Assembly (NCBI RefSeq): GCF_964204645.1
Contig: NC_134033.1
Coordinates: 5,232,231 to 5,296,230 of the forward strand
Length of the DNA: 64,000 nt
From: Tubulanus polymorphus
Lineage: Eukaryota > Animalia > Nemertea
Reading direction: 5' to 3'
In this document: piece after piece, positions 28,471-40,302 of the stretch
Numbering within the stretch: position 1 is the stretch's first letter
Layout: each line of letters starts with the position of its first letter
Translations under genes and position numbers: made by a program
The notes under the pieces: model-generated
Database searches by the model: none
Seen by the model: the letters and a program-made list of their open reading frames with translations, nothing else
Told to the model about the DNA's origin: nothing

Positions 28471-28911
28471 GTAGTGTTGGTGAGCTGTTTTCATGGATAA
28501 TTTAATTCTCGTTTACATTTGCTCTGTGCAATTCTACTTCTGCATTCGCCACAGTATCTTCCACGAGTAAGTACCTATGCTTGCTATAACTAAAATATTA
28601 TATTTATATAATATATTTTACTAAAATCTTACACTTCTTGTCTGAATTTTCCGCTCACTCCCCACCACTAACCCAACCACCACACTATCGTGAAGTGAGC
28701 TGAACTTATGGTTGATGATGAATAGGCATTTAAATGACTGACTAACCCAGCTTAAATGCACCTAAAACAAAAATTAATCCTACCTCTCATCTGAACGAGG
28801 ATTTTGGATTTTGAAAATTAAGTCAACAACAACCGGGAATTACATTTTCAGAAGAATTTTATCGACGGGAAACTTGTATTATCATTGACAAAAGGGACAC
28901 GAATAATATGT

Positions 28912-29431
28912 TTATCCACATGTCAAAGGATTGTAGCAGCCGGGTACCTTTGTGCTTCCTACAAATACAAAATAAGTGTGAACAAGTTTCAAACAGATTT
29001 TAATTACGAAATGTGGTGTGACTAAATTTCCGTTACCACCGCCGCCTCCATTTCCGTTGCCGCCGGCATTCCCGTTGTTTCCGCCATTTCCGTTGTTTCC
29101 GCCATTTCCATTATTACCACCGTTTCCGTTGCCTTGGCGAACTTGTCGTGAATCTAAAGATGTGAGTGGTAAATTATCCAAATCTGCCCACGGAGCGCCG
29201 GCAAAACACTTTATATAACATTGACCTCATATTTAAAGGATTACTTATACACAGACTGGCTGCTGTGATTCAAGATATTCAACTCAATGTCAAATACTAT
29301 TCTCAAATTGTATAGCGCACATTTACAGGTTACTTGATCTCTTTAAGTGACTTACGCGCAGCTTCTTCGGAGTATACAGCCGAAGCAACCAGCATTACGA
29401 GAGCAAAGAAGAGAAGCTGTTTGGAAAACAT
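28912..29431 (-). CDS. Secreted Gly/Asn-rich peptide precursor, copy 6 (79 aa): MFSKQLLFFALVMLVASAVYSEEAAHSRQVR|QGNGNGGNNGNGGNNGNGGNNGNAGGNGNGGGGGSTKVPGCYNPLTCG*
   Basis: Exons 29431-29356, 29153-29037 and 28958-28912. TATATAAG at 30211-30204; exon-1 donor at 30141. Confidence 0.85.
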
Positions 29432-31536
29432 CTGAAAGTGATACAAACATTTTAAAACGATTTGACGATGCTCAGCGCAATTTGATAATGATGACTTCAA
29501 CAGCTTATGCGATCTTTAAGCTTCGCTTAAACTATATATTTATCGCATTAAGTTAAAATAGATGATCTGGGACTAGGGTTGCTCACTGTTTAATTTCACT
29601 GATGCCAATTCACCTCGCAACAAGCAGCAATCACAAATAAATATTTGACTCAGGACCTAAATATTTGGCTTAGGAGGACCTTGAGGACGTATTTCGAGTG
29701 CGACTCGTACTATAAGATACTTAGTCAGTGCCAGATATATTTTTGTTTTTGGGCCAAATAAATACCCAATTCATTTGATGAAGACGGTACGCCGACTACG
29801 CGCATTTTATCGGTCTGTAAAAAGTGCGGCAATGCAACCATTAGAAACGGCTGACGGATACCGATTCTAACTGTGGACCGTGCAACGATAGCTAAATTTG
29901 AATGATATCATTGTTTTGAATATTCTAAAAATGATGTTTTGATGTATTTCAGCAGGAAAGTTCCCCTTTGTAAGCACTACCACTACTTGAGATAAATACC
30001 AATTATGTTCGTAGAATAATGATGACATAAGAAGGTTTATTAAATTGTATCAAAGTACGAATGAACCAAAATCCGTATGAATGTTTTTCATCTGCACTTT
30101 TCAATTTTCTTGAATAATATACTCTTCGGAGAGTTCTTACCTTGACTGTAGTAGTTAATTTCAGGATTGTAATCGTATCCTGTTCGGTCTGATTTATTTG
30201 TCCCTTATATACAATTTAGTGGGATTCATCGTCACATACCGGTGCATGCTCTTCTTATCAGCGAACGATGATTTTTCCTTTTTTAATCACGATCATTAAT
30301 CATCAATATTCAATTGAGATATACGCAAAGACAACGTCAAGACGAAGAGATTGACCAACGAAGCCACTAATGCTTGGATAGATGAATCGAAAACAGAATT
30401 TTGGGCATATAATATGTGCATGAACGAGTACATTCCTTCCCTCAAGCTTTAAGTCCAGTGTAGCCTATCTACTATACATCATCCATACATTCAATCCCTA
30501 CCAAACTACATTATGTGCTTTAATGCCCCGTATACGTAGCCTATTTTCTATACTTTATCCCGTTTGGAATTCTGAATCTTGTTCACAGGATGCAAAACCA
30601 AAAGAAGTTCTTCAAACATGGCCAATATGCCAAGTAACACGTCACGAAAGCTACTAGCTACATGTACGGACGAGGGCTAAGACTCGTAGACCTGGTACCC
30701 ACCTCAATGGTGAAAGATTACACCTTAAATTCAATGCGGAAACGTAAGCTAAGATATAGAATCGGAGTAATATGACCAATTGGAGGTTTCAGCAATGAGA
30801 CGAAATGCTAAATTTGGAATAGTTTAAAGTCTACTAAGTTGACATTGAGATATTCTGCCGACAATAAATCGAGTAAGAGGTCTTGTTATGGAAGCTGTAA
30901 TTTCCGCCAACGTTGTAGGGAATTAATGTCCTCTGCCAGTGTTAGGTCGGTGTCTTTCCTCTAACTGATATCTAACTGTGTATCTATCTAATCAGTGCTT
31001 TAGATACATATATATTATCTCACCGGCTAGTTAATATCCTCTTTTGTGTAAAAACAACTTCTTGAGTCAATTCATCCATCTGTATATTTTCTCAGCCGAA
31101 CAACTCTGATAGTCGGTGTTGTCATATCGCGGAATGACGGAATCGTGGAATTTTCGAAGAACACGGAATTCTTCATTTTCACAGTAACTTCGTTTTCCCA
31201 CGGAAATATACCCTTTGTCGGACAAGGCGCCGGACGCATGTTTTCAATACTGGTACCTGGTTGGCCTATCGTCACTCAACAAATTAACAACACTTCTCAA
31301 CGAGAAAATGGCAACGTAAAACGCAGGCAAAGATCCACCAGTATTGACTGCAGTTCCCAGTGCCTTGTGTATCGGCCCTGTTCCCGTAGCAGTACGTCGG
31401 ATGAGACCGCATATAGGAACTGTGCGTATATCACCACTTAAAAACCTCAAGGGCCGCCTCAAAATGGCGCCTGGTAACTAGAAACCTCCCTATTGTCTTC
31501 GCCATACTTCGTTTTGGTACCGGGTACCCCTTTTCC

Positions 31537-31688
31537 GGGGCCGTACCTAGCACTTGATTTTTAGATGGACAGAGACATCCGAAAGAGAGCAGTTCTATAG
31601 GATATACGTAATAATAACATTTGCAAAAAGGCACTTTTTCAAAATTCCTAGGAGGCAACTGCCCCGCGCCTGCTAAATACGGCTCTGT
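31537..31688. mobile_element. ~150-bp MITE (TIR ~GGCCGTA..TAGC); an inverted relative lies at ~37270-37400
   Basis: ggggccgtacctagc...gctaaatacggctct. Its reverse complement matches the insertion in exon 4 of copy 7 (ggggcagt...gtgcc(c)tttttgcaaat...gcta.g.acggcccc). Confidence 0.55.
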
Positions 31689-32001
31689 CTTCAGAAACCC
31701 TAGGCGCACTTATGGCCTTGACGCCTCGTGATTTTGCTACGCTTCGTGATTCTGCTTCGGTCGTCTTTCAGAAATACGTTCTAGTAAGAGAATTTATATT
31801 GAGTGAACTTACGAAAACTATATTCCTTAATACACGTGCACATTGTGTTTATATGGACGATTGGTATATGAAAATTATAAATCTAAAGATCACGTTACGT
31901 TCTACGTGGCAGTTTTGAACCATCAAGCTGGCGGCGATATTTTAATCAGCAAATGTTCATTGTTATCATCCGACCAGGTGAAATACTATACCTGAGATAC
32001 C

Positions 32002-32676
32002 ACGGGTAACGTAGTCATTACTTTTTATCTATTTACATACGAAGGTGAAATGTAATCCTCCGTTCACACACGCTGACACCCATCCTGTCGATAATGAGTG
32101 TCAAATGAGATGTACCCTCGGTAACCTACGCACATCACTTTCGCTTCAGTTCCGTGGCGGACCTTCCCTGGACTTTTGATTTTTGGATTTGCCATATTGA
32201 TAGTTACTGCGGTGAACGCACTGGTTCTATATCTCACTCCAGTTTTGTCGATACATTTTACCGACCAGTTTTTCGGATGTTACTACGAATTATCGGATCA
32301 AATAACATATTACACCAGTATTGTCATCCACATTCATATTATACCTTTAACTCTGATTATAACATCGAACGCCGTAATAATAGTTCAGTTATTCATAGGT
32401 TCAAAAATGCTATTGTCGGGCAAGAAAACTACCGACGCAAAACGTACGACAATAATGCTTGTAACAGTTTCGCTCGCATTTGCAATATTCAATCTCCCCC
32501 CTGCTATCATTACAGTTTTACCAATCTCACCACATCACAGAGACTTTCTACTGGAAATTTTCACTCAGATTCAGATTTGTAACTATGTAGTTAATTTCTA
32601 CATATATCTTTTACTGGGACGAGAAATTCGTGAATATTTCTGTATGAAAATGCGCTGTAGAAATTCAGACAAATAA
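32002..32676 (+). pseudogene. Intronless class A (rhodopsin-type) GPCR pseudogene, FMRFamide/sex-peptide-receptor-like group
   Basis: The ORF 32176-32676 covers TM4-TM7 (...KRTTIMLVTVSLAFAIFNLP...QICNYVVNFYIYLLLGREIREYF). Upstream lie a TM1 remnant (TGNVVITFYLF, ~32002) and a frameshifted TM3 (ILSIMSV..SVTYAHHFR). TM2 appears to be missing and there are in-frame stops. Confidence 0.75.
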
Positions 32677-34099
32677 CCAATGGTTTCATGTCTTGTTTGG
32701 AAATAGTGTGATTATAATTATCATAACCACTTTGAGTTGAGAATTTATGTCATAGAATATGTCATAGAAGCGTGTATTAACCCTCTAGTGCCCGGACATA
32801 GACCCAGGCTTGAAAAAAAATATTTGAAGTGTGAAATCAGTAGCAATGAGGCCAATAAACATTAATATGTGCAAAAAATCAACAAAAAGAAATTTGGACC
32901 ACATTTTGGCAATGTTGTAATTTTACAACAGTGGGCTATAAGGGTCACAAAAATGAAATTACCAAAACTTTCCAAAATTTCCCAAAATCTTCTGAATGAC
33001 TAAAGCCTCACAAATCAAGTATCAGACGGTATATAAATGCAAAATTTATGATTTATTGTCACTTAGGAAGTATATTTTCAACGCTGTCGATGTCACCCTC
33101 GTCATAGTTTTCCTCGTCATTGCCATCCTCTAGAGCATCCATGACATCACAGTCGTTTTCATACCTTGTTTTACTTCCATCCATATTATCTACAATGAAT
33201 GAAACACTGCATTACCAGTATTATACTGAGGGACGTGATGGACACAAACCAAAAATGACCGCAATTTTACATTTCATTTTCTATTTTTGTGGGGCCTATC
33301 GGTTATTTCAAAAAGGAAATCACCCCTAGTAGGTGTGTAAGGCTCTAAAATGCCAGGAATGCCAAATAGATATAATTACTCCAACTACCAAAATTTATTT
33401 GAGATAAACTTGAGTTGCCTAAAAGGCCCGATGTTGCAATAATACAACACCAAAAATTGGCCCTGTCTGACGACGGAACGAGCTCCTTAACATTATTCAT
33501 ATATTTGTAATGATAGAAAACGGTTAAAAAAACAGTGATGCATACCAACTAAATTTTGACGATATTTTGATGAAAAAACATTTCTTATCACGGTGAGGTG
33601 GAATGCTTACTTCCTGGTTGTCGTTGTCAGTCTTACAGCTAGATAGCGCCACTTTATGGTTGTAATCCGGGAAAAATCTAATCCGAGGAGGGGGTGGGGG
33701 TAGCCATAATTGCGGAGGATTCCTTTCTGAAAAGTTCCGAAAGATATCTAATCCGAGGAGGGGTTGAGGTAGCCAGAATTCCGGAAGATTCCGCAGAACA
33801 TCTAAACCCTGACCATCTTAACCCTATCCCGAATTGAATTGAAATGAGCTGGTCACTCAATCGCCATCAAGCTGAATAATACGGTTTTCAAATTCATTTG
33901 GAGTCCAACGACTGAGGTCACTGAATATTGCGACTTTCTTACCTGTGAAATAAACCAATTCGATAAGCCTATGGCGTAGATAGGGTTTTTTAACCGTAAC
34001 TCGTCCTGAACAACACCAACAAATGAAAAAGGCATTGAACGCGACCTAATTGAGATAATTGATTTTTTTTTCAAAATAAGCTCAAATGAACCTTTCAAT

Positions 34100-34158
34100 C
34101 TTTTACTGGGACGAGAAATTCGAAAATATTTCTGTGTGAAAATCCGCTGTAGAAATTC
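34100..34158 (+). pseudogene. Short duplicated fragment of the GPCR helix-8/C-terminus
   Basis: ttactgggacgagaaattcgaaaatatttctgtgtgaaaatccgctgtagaaattc closely matches 32611-32666. Confidence 0.7.
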
Positions 34159-34659
34159 CTCATTCACTCTATATTACTCAAGATGTCAGTGATAGGTTTC
34201 TCAAATCAATTTTTGCTCTTCTTTCTCAAGAATGTTTAATGTGAAACGAAGATGGCAAGCCGCTTTGCATTTTCTAATCATTACTAATTTTCATTCAATA
34301 TTCGTTTAATTGACAAAGTTGATACTTAATTGAGTTGTTAAAGATCTAGACAGCCTGGCGGTAAGCTAATATTAGGCATGATATGTGAAAAAATACTAAT
34401 AAAACGCTCGTAACAGTTGCATAATAAAATGTCACTTATTTGTGATAACAGGCAAACTTCCGATTTCCGATATAAATGTTCCGGAGATTTGATTTCGATC
34501 ACCCCATAAAGTATAGAGGTCCCTCTTATTACAGGATGGTGCCAATACACCACGACGTAGAGGAGTTTTGTAATCGGATACTCATTGTCTAGACATCTAT
34601 TCTCTTATCTAAAACACGTGCTGTCGAATGATGTAATAAAAATGAAAATCTTTAGTTCG

Positions 34660-37450
34660 CAGATAAGAACATGCACCTGTTTGTGACGATGAATCCCACA
34701 ATCAGACCGGACAAGACACGAGTATATTCCTGAATTATTTACGTTTGTCGTCATAGGTAAGAATTTAGAATATGTAGCTTATAGATTGAAGAGCAGAATA
34801 ACATTTTCACGGATTTTGTTGATATAAGGGTTTTTCGTTTTAAATGCCATTGACACTTTGATTTTCAAATTTCTATTCCAGAGCTTGATAGTATAACACT
34901 GCTTTACCAATTCAACATTTCTCATCATAATCTTGCAAAATTATTTGGGTAATCAACCTTTATGAACATCTCGAAGTGCACGCCGTTGATATGCGACCGA
35001 ATTATCGGGTAGATTTCTTCGATATTATATTTCAGAGTTGGTTATTCAATTCAGTTGGTCTCTAGTAACATCCGGGTCGATTATGCAATTCAATAAGCAA
35101 TAACTCCCTGACTGATAATGATATCTGAACACGTCAGTTTTCCATTTATCAGGCTCATTGTTATAGATATTAAAGCCATAACTTACGTTATCGTCGGATG
35201 AAATGAAAAAGGCTTAAGGATGATTTGATGATATTAAGTAATAAAGATTTAAGTTATTACAATCTATGAGAAACAGATATTTGTCATTTGGAGTTCTTTC
35301 CGATGTCTTTATTAGCAGACTCCGGAGACGCACTCGGAGTTAAAAGTCTCGGAAGCCAAAGGTAAGCGTCGTTTTTAGTATTGTCAAGCCAGGGGGTGTG
35401 ACCTACTCGGTTACAGTGATTCACCTAGTTACGGTGACTCGACTTTTAGACAATGTTTAAGTGACTTAAAGGTATTAAACCTTTAGATTATGTTCGAGCG
35501 AATGAATGATTCTGGTTTGGATAATTCATTTGCGCTGATGTTTCCCGGGCCATTCGAAATCATCATTCATCATCGTTGTCTCAGTCGTTGTCGATGTCTC
35601 CATCATCAACATCAACACTAACATCAACATCAACATCACCATAAACATCACCATGAACATCAACAACATCACTATCAACATCACCATCAACATCACCATC
35701 AACATCACCATAAACATCACCATCAACATCAACAGAATCACTATCAACATCACCATCACCACCACCATCAATATCACCATCAACATCACCATCAACGTCA
35801 ACAACATCACTATCAACATCACCATCAACACCAACATCACCATAAACATCACCATCAACATCAACAGAATCACTATCAACATCACCATCACCATAAACAT
35901 CACCATAAACATCGTCATCAACATCAACAAAACAACATCGCTATCAACACCATCAACATCACTATCTTACATTTAGACACCTTGTATTCAGTTCACTCCT
36001 GTTACACGCCAAAGCGGAAACATTTCAAGACGACCCAATTTTAGTTCAAGACGTTAAAATAAACGCAGTCCAGATCTAGAATATATATTCTATAGGCAAG
36101 ATAAGATGGTTCATCAAGACGTAGAATATTGCGATCCTGTATTTCGTAAATCACTGCTAGTATGCTGATATTTTCAGCATAATTACCCTTTATATTCACG
36201 AAAAGGTCATCGTAGTTTATATCGCTATCCGATGCTACATACAAGAAATGAAGATATCATATAAGCGAGGATATAACGTGTTAAACTCTGTTTTCAACAT
36301 TGTAACCGCGCGGTTGCACCAATCATATGACGTCATGAATCGCCTCTGCTTAACCAAGATACCAACAGACAATATTTGGCATTAAAGACTATATATTGAT
36401 ACAAATTCTTAATAACATTATTTTTCTTATGTCCCACATACTGTATATGTCGTGAATATGGTGTTTTTTTCTGCTCAATAAGCGTTGTACTCCTCGGTAC
36501 AATATCTAAAAAATTGAAATATATTCTGCATAGAAAGCAATGCTGATCTAATCCCGTTATGCCTTCCTTTTTTAGTTTATATTATCGCAGTATTCCAGCA
36601 TTTTATTCTGTCCGCTTGGTGGACGTAGGCGTAATTCTTGGAAGTCTAAATCTTATAATGCGTGGTACAATGACCTTTAAGAGTTCTTAGTTTTCGCGAA
36701 GAGAGAAGTTTTATACGTTAAACCTTCGCAACTAACTATTGAACGAGACCATCGATATCGAGTTACGGTATTTTTTCACTTTCCAGATTCCAAACACCTT
36801 CTCTTCTGTGCTCTCGTACTGCTGGTTGCTTCCGCTGTATACTCCGAAGAAGCTGCGCGTAAGTTACTTAAACTAAAGACATCGGTGCTATGAAGTTATG
36901 AATTTTGATCCTTTTTCAATGACTCGAATATCTTGAATCGCTGTATTCTGTTATGTCCACGTTTTCCTTTTAATCGCTGTTTACTCTCACGTCACTGTTA
37001 AAGACGTTACATATAGGTGCTTCATTACGAGACTGAAAAACCTTTATTTTTACAGATTCACGACGTCAAAGTCGTCAAAGCAACGGAAATGGTAACGGAA
37101 ATAATAATGGAGAGGGAGCTGTTTACGGAAGGGGAAAAAGTAATTGATAGTCATGCCGCATTACGTTATTGAAATTGGTTTTGAAACTTGTTTACGCTCA
37201 AAATTTTCCTTCATCTAGGAGGCACAAGACACGCATGCTTTAACACTTATTTGTGCACAGCATGGTACCCGGCCGTCAATAGCTGGGTCAGGGGGCAGTT
37301 TTTTTCCCTTGACAGTTTTGTGCCCTTTTTGCAAATATTATTTTCATCATCCAATATAACTGTCCTTTTTTCGAAAAATTCCAATGCTAAGCACGGCCCC
37401 GCATTCATGTTTCTTTTGTCAAATATCATCCAAGATACCCGTCAATAAAA
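34660..37450 (+). pseudogene. Inverted copy 7 of the Gly/Asn peptide gene, probably inactivated
   Basis: The promoter block (GATAAG 34662, TGACG 34684) has lost its TATA segment. Exon-1 donor at 34756. Exon 36787-36858 (SKHLLFCALVLLVASAVYSEEAA) lacks 4 nt, which destroys the ATG. Exon 37056-37139 encodes HSRRQSRQSNGNGNGNNNGEGAVYGRGK. The exon from 37219 encodes RGTRHACFNTYLC, followed by a MITE where the G-stop should be. The paralogous 3'UTR with AATAAA resumes at ~37444. Confidence 0.75.
35600..35965. repeat. Degenerate (CATCAA/CATCAC)n hexamer repeat
   Basis: Direct inspection. It generates spurious INIT/MLMV ORFs. Confidence 0.95.
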
Positions 37451-40302
37451 CTTTTGCAGAAGTAATTACTGATTACTGTTCGATAATCATTCAAATTTCC
37501 AATCCTAGTTCGGAAGATCATCTCTGGCTTTAGGCTAAACAAAAGTTATTCCTTGTTTTTCTCCGAAGCGACCGGGTTAGTTTTGTAAATTATGATAAAA
37601 TCCGTAAGCTAAATCAGTTCATTTCTATAGCTGCCTGGTCTGTTATGGTAAAATAAATCACGATTTTGAAGAAACAAATTGATACCGTTGGCTACGGGCG
37701 TCCTGATCGGTTATATTATTTGCTGGTTTGCCCTGAAGTTCGTTGTAGCGAGGTTCCAAAGTTCTATCAATTCTTAGGTTGAATTCAATAATATAATAGG
37801 CCTAAACGTTTTGTTGTGACCGTAGAACTGTAATTCTGATAGAGTGAATTTTCCCGAATACTCGCATATTTTCTAATTCGCAAATTGTGACAAAACAACG
37901 TATTTCGGGAATACGTTCGTAAATTTCCTTACCCGAAAACGTCGCGGCTTGTTTCGTATATTTTGAATCTAGAAATTCCTTCTCAGCGTTCGATTGTACG
38001 CGTATACCTGCAAATTCCTGCTTCACAAACACCAGCTTCAAACACCAATTGAGAGATTGTTTTGAAGTGATTCCACATCTGACGAATGATAGTGATTTCC
38101 CGACCTGTTTTTAAGCTGTTCCTGGTTATCGTCACATAGATGTCTGGAACCGCTACTTTGGCAATCGATTTTTTCCACATATGGCAGGCGAGGATCCGCC
38201 AGGTTCGCTAGTGGTTCCTCGGTTACCTCGCATCAATTTATTCTACATTTCAATTGAGGTCGAATAAACTGTTCTCATTAGTAAATCAAATTCCAGTCAA
38301 ACTATACCATACACTCATCGACAACATCAATTATATATCGATGGCTTGTATGACAACATTTCCATTTAGGAGCCTAAAAATCCAGTTTAAAGTTCACTGA
38401 AATCATGACCTCATTCCTTTTTCATCCAATTTTTGATCGTCTAAGACTTCACGGCTTCAGCTGCAAAATTAGCGCGCCCAGAGGTGACGCTCGTGCCGTC
38501 AGAGCCTAGTGATGTAATCAGGTTCGAATCCCTGCCGAATGTAGCCCTAGCCTCAAGTGCAGTTGAGATGCTCTACTCTTACCGACAGTAGGAAATTAGA
38601 CGAATTCGATATATCAGTTCTTCTAAAATCATATTCTTTTTTTATTATCTTTTTTTATACAAAAAAGCAACACAAAATTGTCCCAATCAATGAAACCTAT
38701 AGAAATAATACATATCTGATGAACGGACGGGAGTTCGATGACGTCATTAAGACCAAACGACCTCAATTTCGAGAAATTCAAAAATAAGTCTCCTTGCATA
38801 GAATTTATTTTTCGGGCGGCAAGATTTCACACAAAAAAAATTCAAAATTTATTACAAGTTGCTTTTGCGAGTTATATCGTAGTTGGTAATATCCATATGC
38901 ACCTAGGACTCACGATGTTCTTCGCATGGCTGTCAACAGTGACTTTTTCTAAGACCGACTGCTAGCCACGCCATATGGTAGTTGACACGAAACTAAAAAA
39001 GTCAACACGAAATATCGGATAAGAGAACCAAATAGAACCTTTCAGATATGGAAGCCAAAATTCGAGTTCACATTTCACTGAAAATGCACAGATTTTCACT
39101 ATGAATAAACCCAGTGTTTCAATGCGCCATCTGGCGAGTGCTGGTATCCCACTCTACAGCCAGTTGTTGGTCTACGGGTACCAGAAACAAAACCATGATT
39201 TAGATTTAGGAGTCTTAGTTCTATAGCCGATCTAACGAGTTAAGATAAGTCTTCAGCGTCGTCGCAAATGCGAAACTAAGTGGGCCCTGGTCAGAGATAT
39301 TAACCATCAATAAGTGTTTCAAAGTATTGAACCTAATGCCGGCGTAATAAGATGGCAAAGTTGTATGGTCTTTAATGTCATTTCTCAATGGGGTGGGCAT
39401 GCATCGGGTAAGGGGAGGAGGGTAACGGGGTAGGGGGGTTATATAGTGCTTAAGAACTCAAAATATCTTCAAAAATGTACATACATAAAAAAATTACATA
39501 TCATACATTGCAATAAATTAAAGGCTATAGAAAAATGTACAATCCATTTTTTACACTAAAAAAAAATCTCGTTTTTTGATCTGCGATGCTTTGATTTAAA
39601 AATCCAAATCAATGGCAAAGAAAGTTTCCACAAAAATTGAAAATCAACCCGAAATAAACATATTTGGCGAGCAGTCACTCTTTGTTTCTTGAAAATTGCC
39701 ACCAGTTATTCAAGGGCTAAAAAAATGACACCGTCTAATCGGCCGGGTCACTTTTGTAAACTGTGATAAAATGCGTATTCAGTTCATTTATCAATTATCA
39801 ATTTCTTTAGCCTAATAGCTTAATTTTTGTTCACAATCTTGATGCTACAGAAAAAAAATGTTTGCTTCACCTCTCAACAATACCCATTCATTAAGTACAA
39901 AATAAATACATGTACAGTAGACTACGGTCAAGTCAGATCTTTTCAAGAATTGGAAAATTTGCCCAACATTTCATCTAATTATATGGGGTCAGAAAGACAT
40001 TTCAACAAACAGGGGACGGACCCAGTGCTTGTGTACTTCAATGTCCTTCAAATCTTCGAGAGTGCCCTTATTCGTTTTGTCACAAAAAAACCTGGGGCTG
40101 GTTTTATATGCTGGTATCATCTTTAACCCGGGGGTTTAACTCAATTCATTTTCAATCTAGTGAAACCCCTAGGTTAAAGCTGATACCAGTCTATAAAACC
40201 AGCCCCTGGTTAAAGATAATACCAGTCTATAAAACTGGACCCAGGGTCTCATTCGAGTTAGCCCCTGGGTTAAGATTAATACCAGCCTTTAAAATCGTGT
40301 CC

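Noticed and set aside
37600-38250. Decayed ORF-like region sharing ggatcc.ccaggttcgctag with ~46160
   Set aside because: Probably a TE fragment, but no recognisable domain was found.
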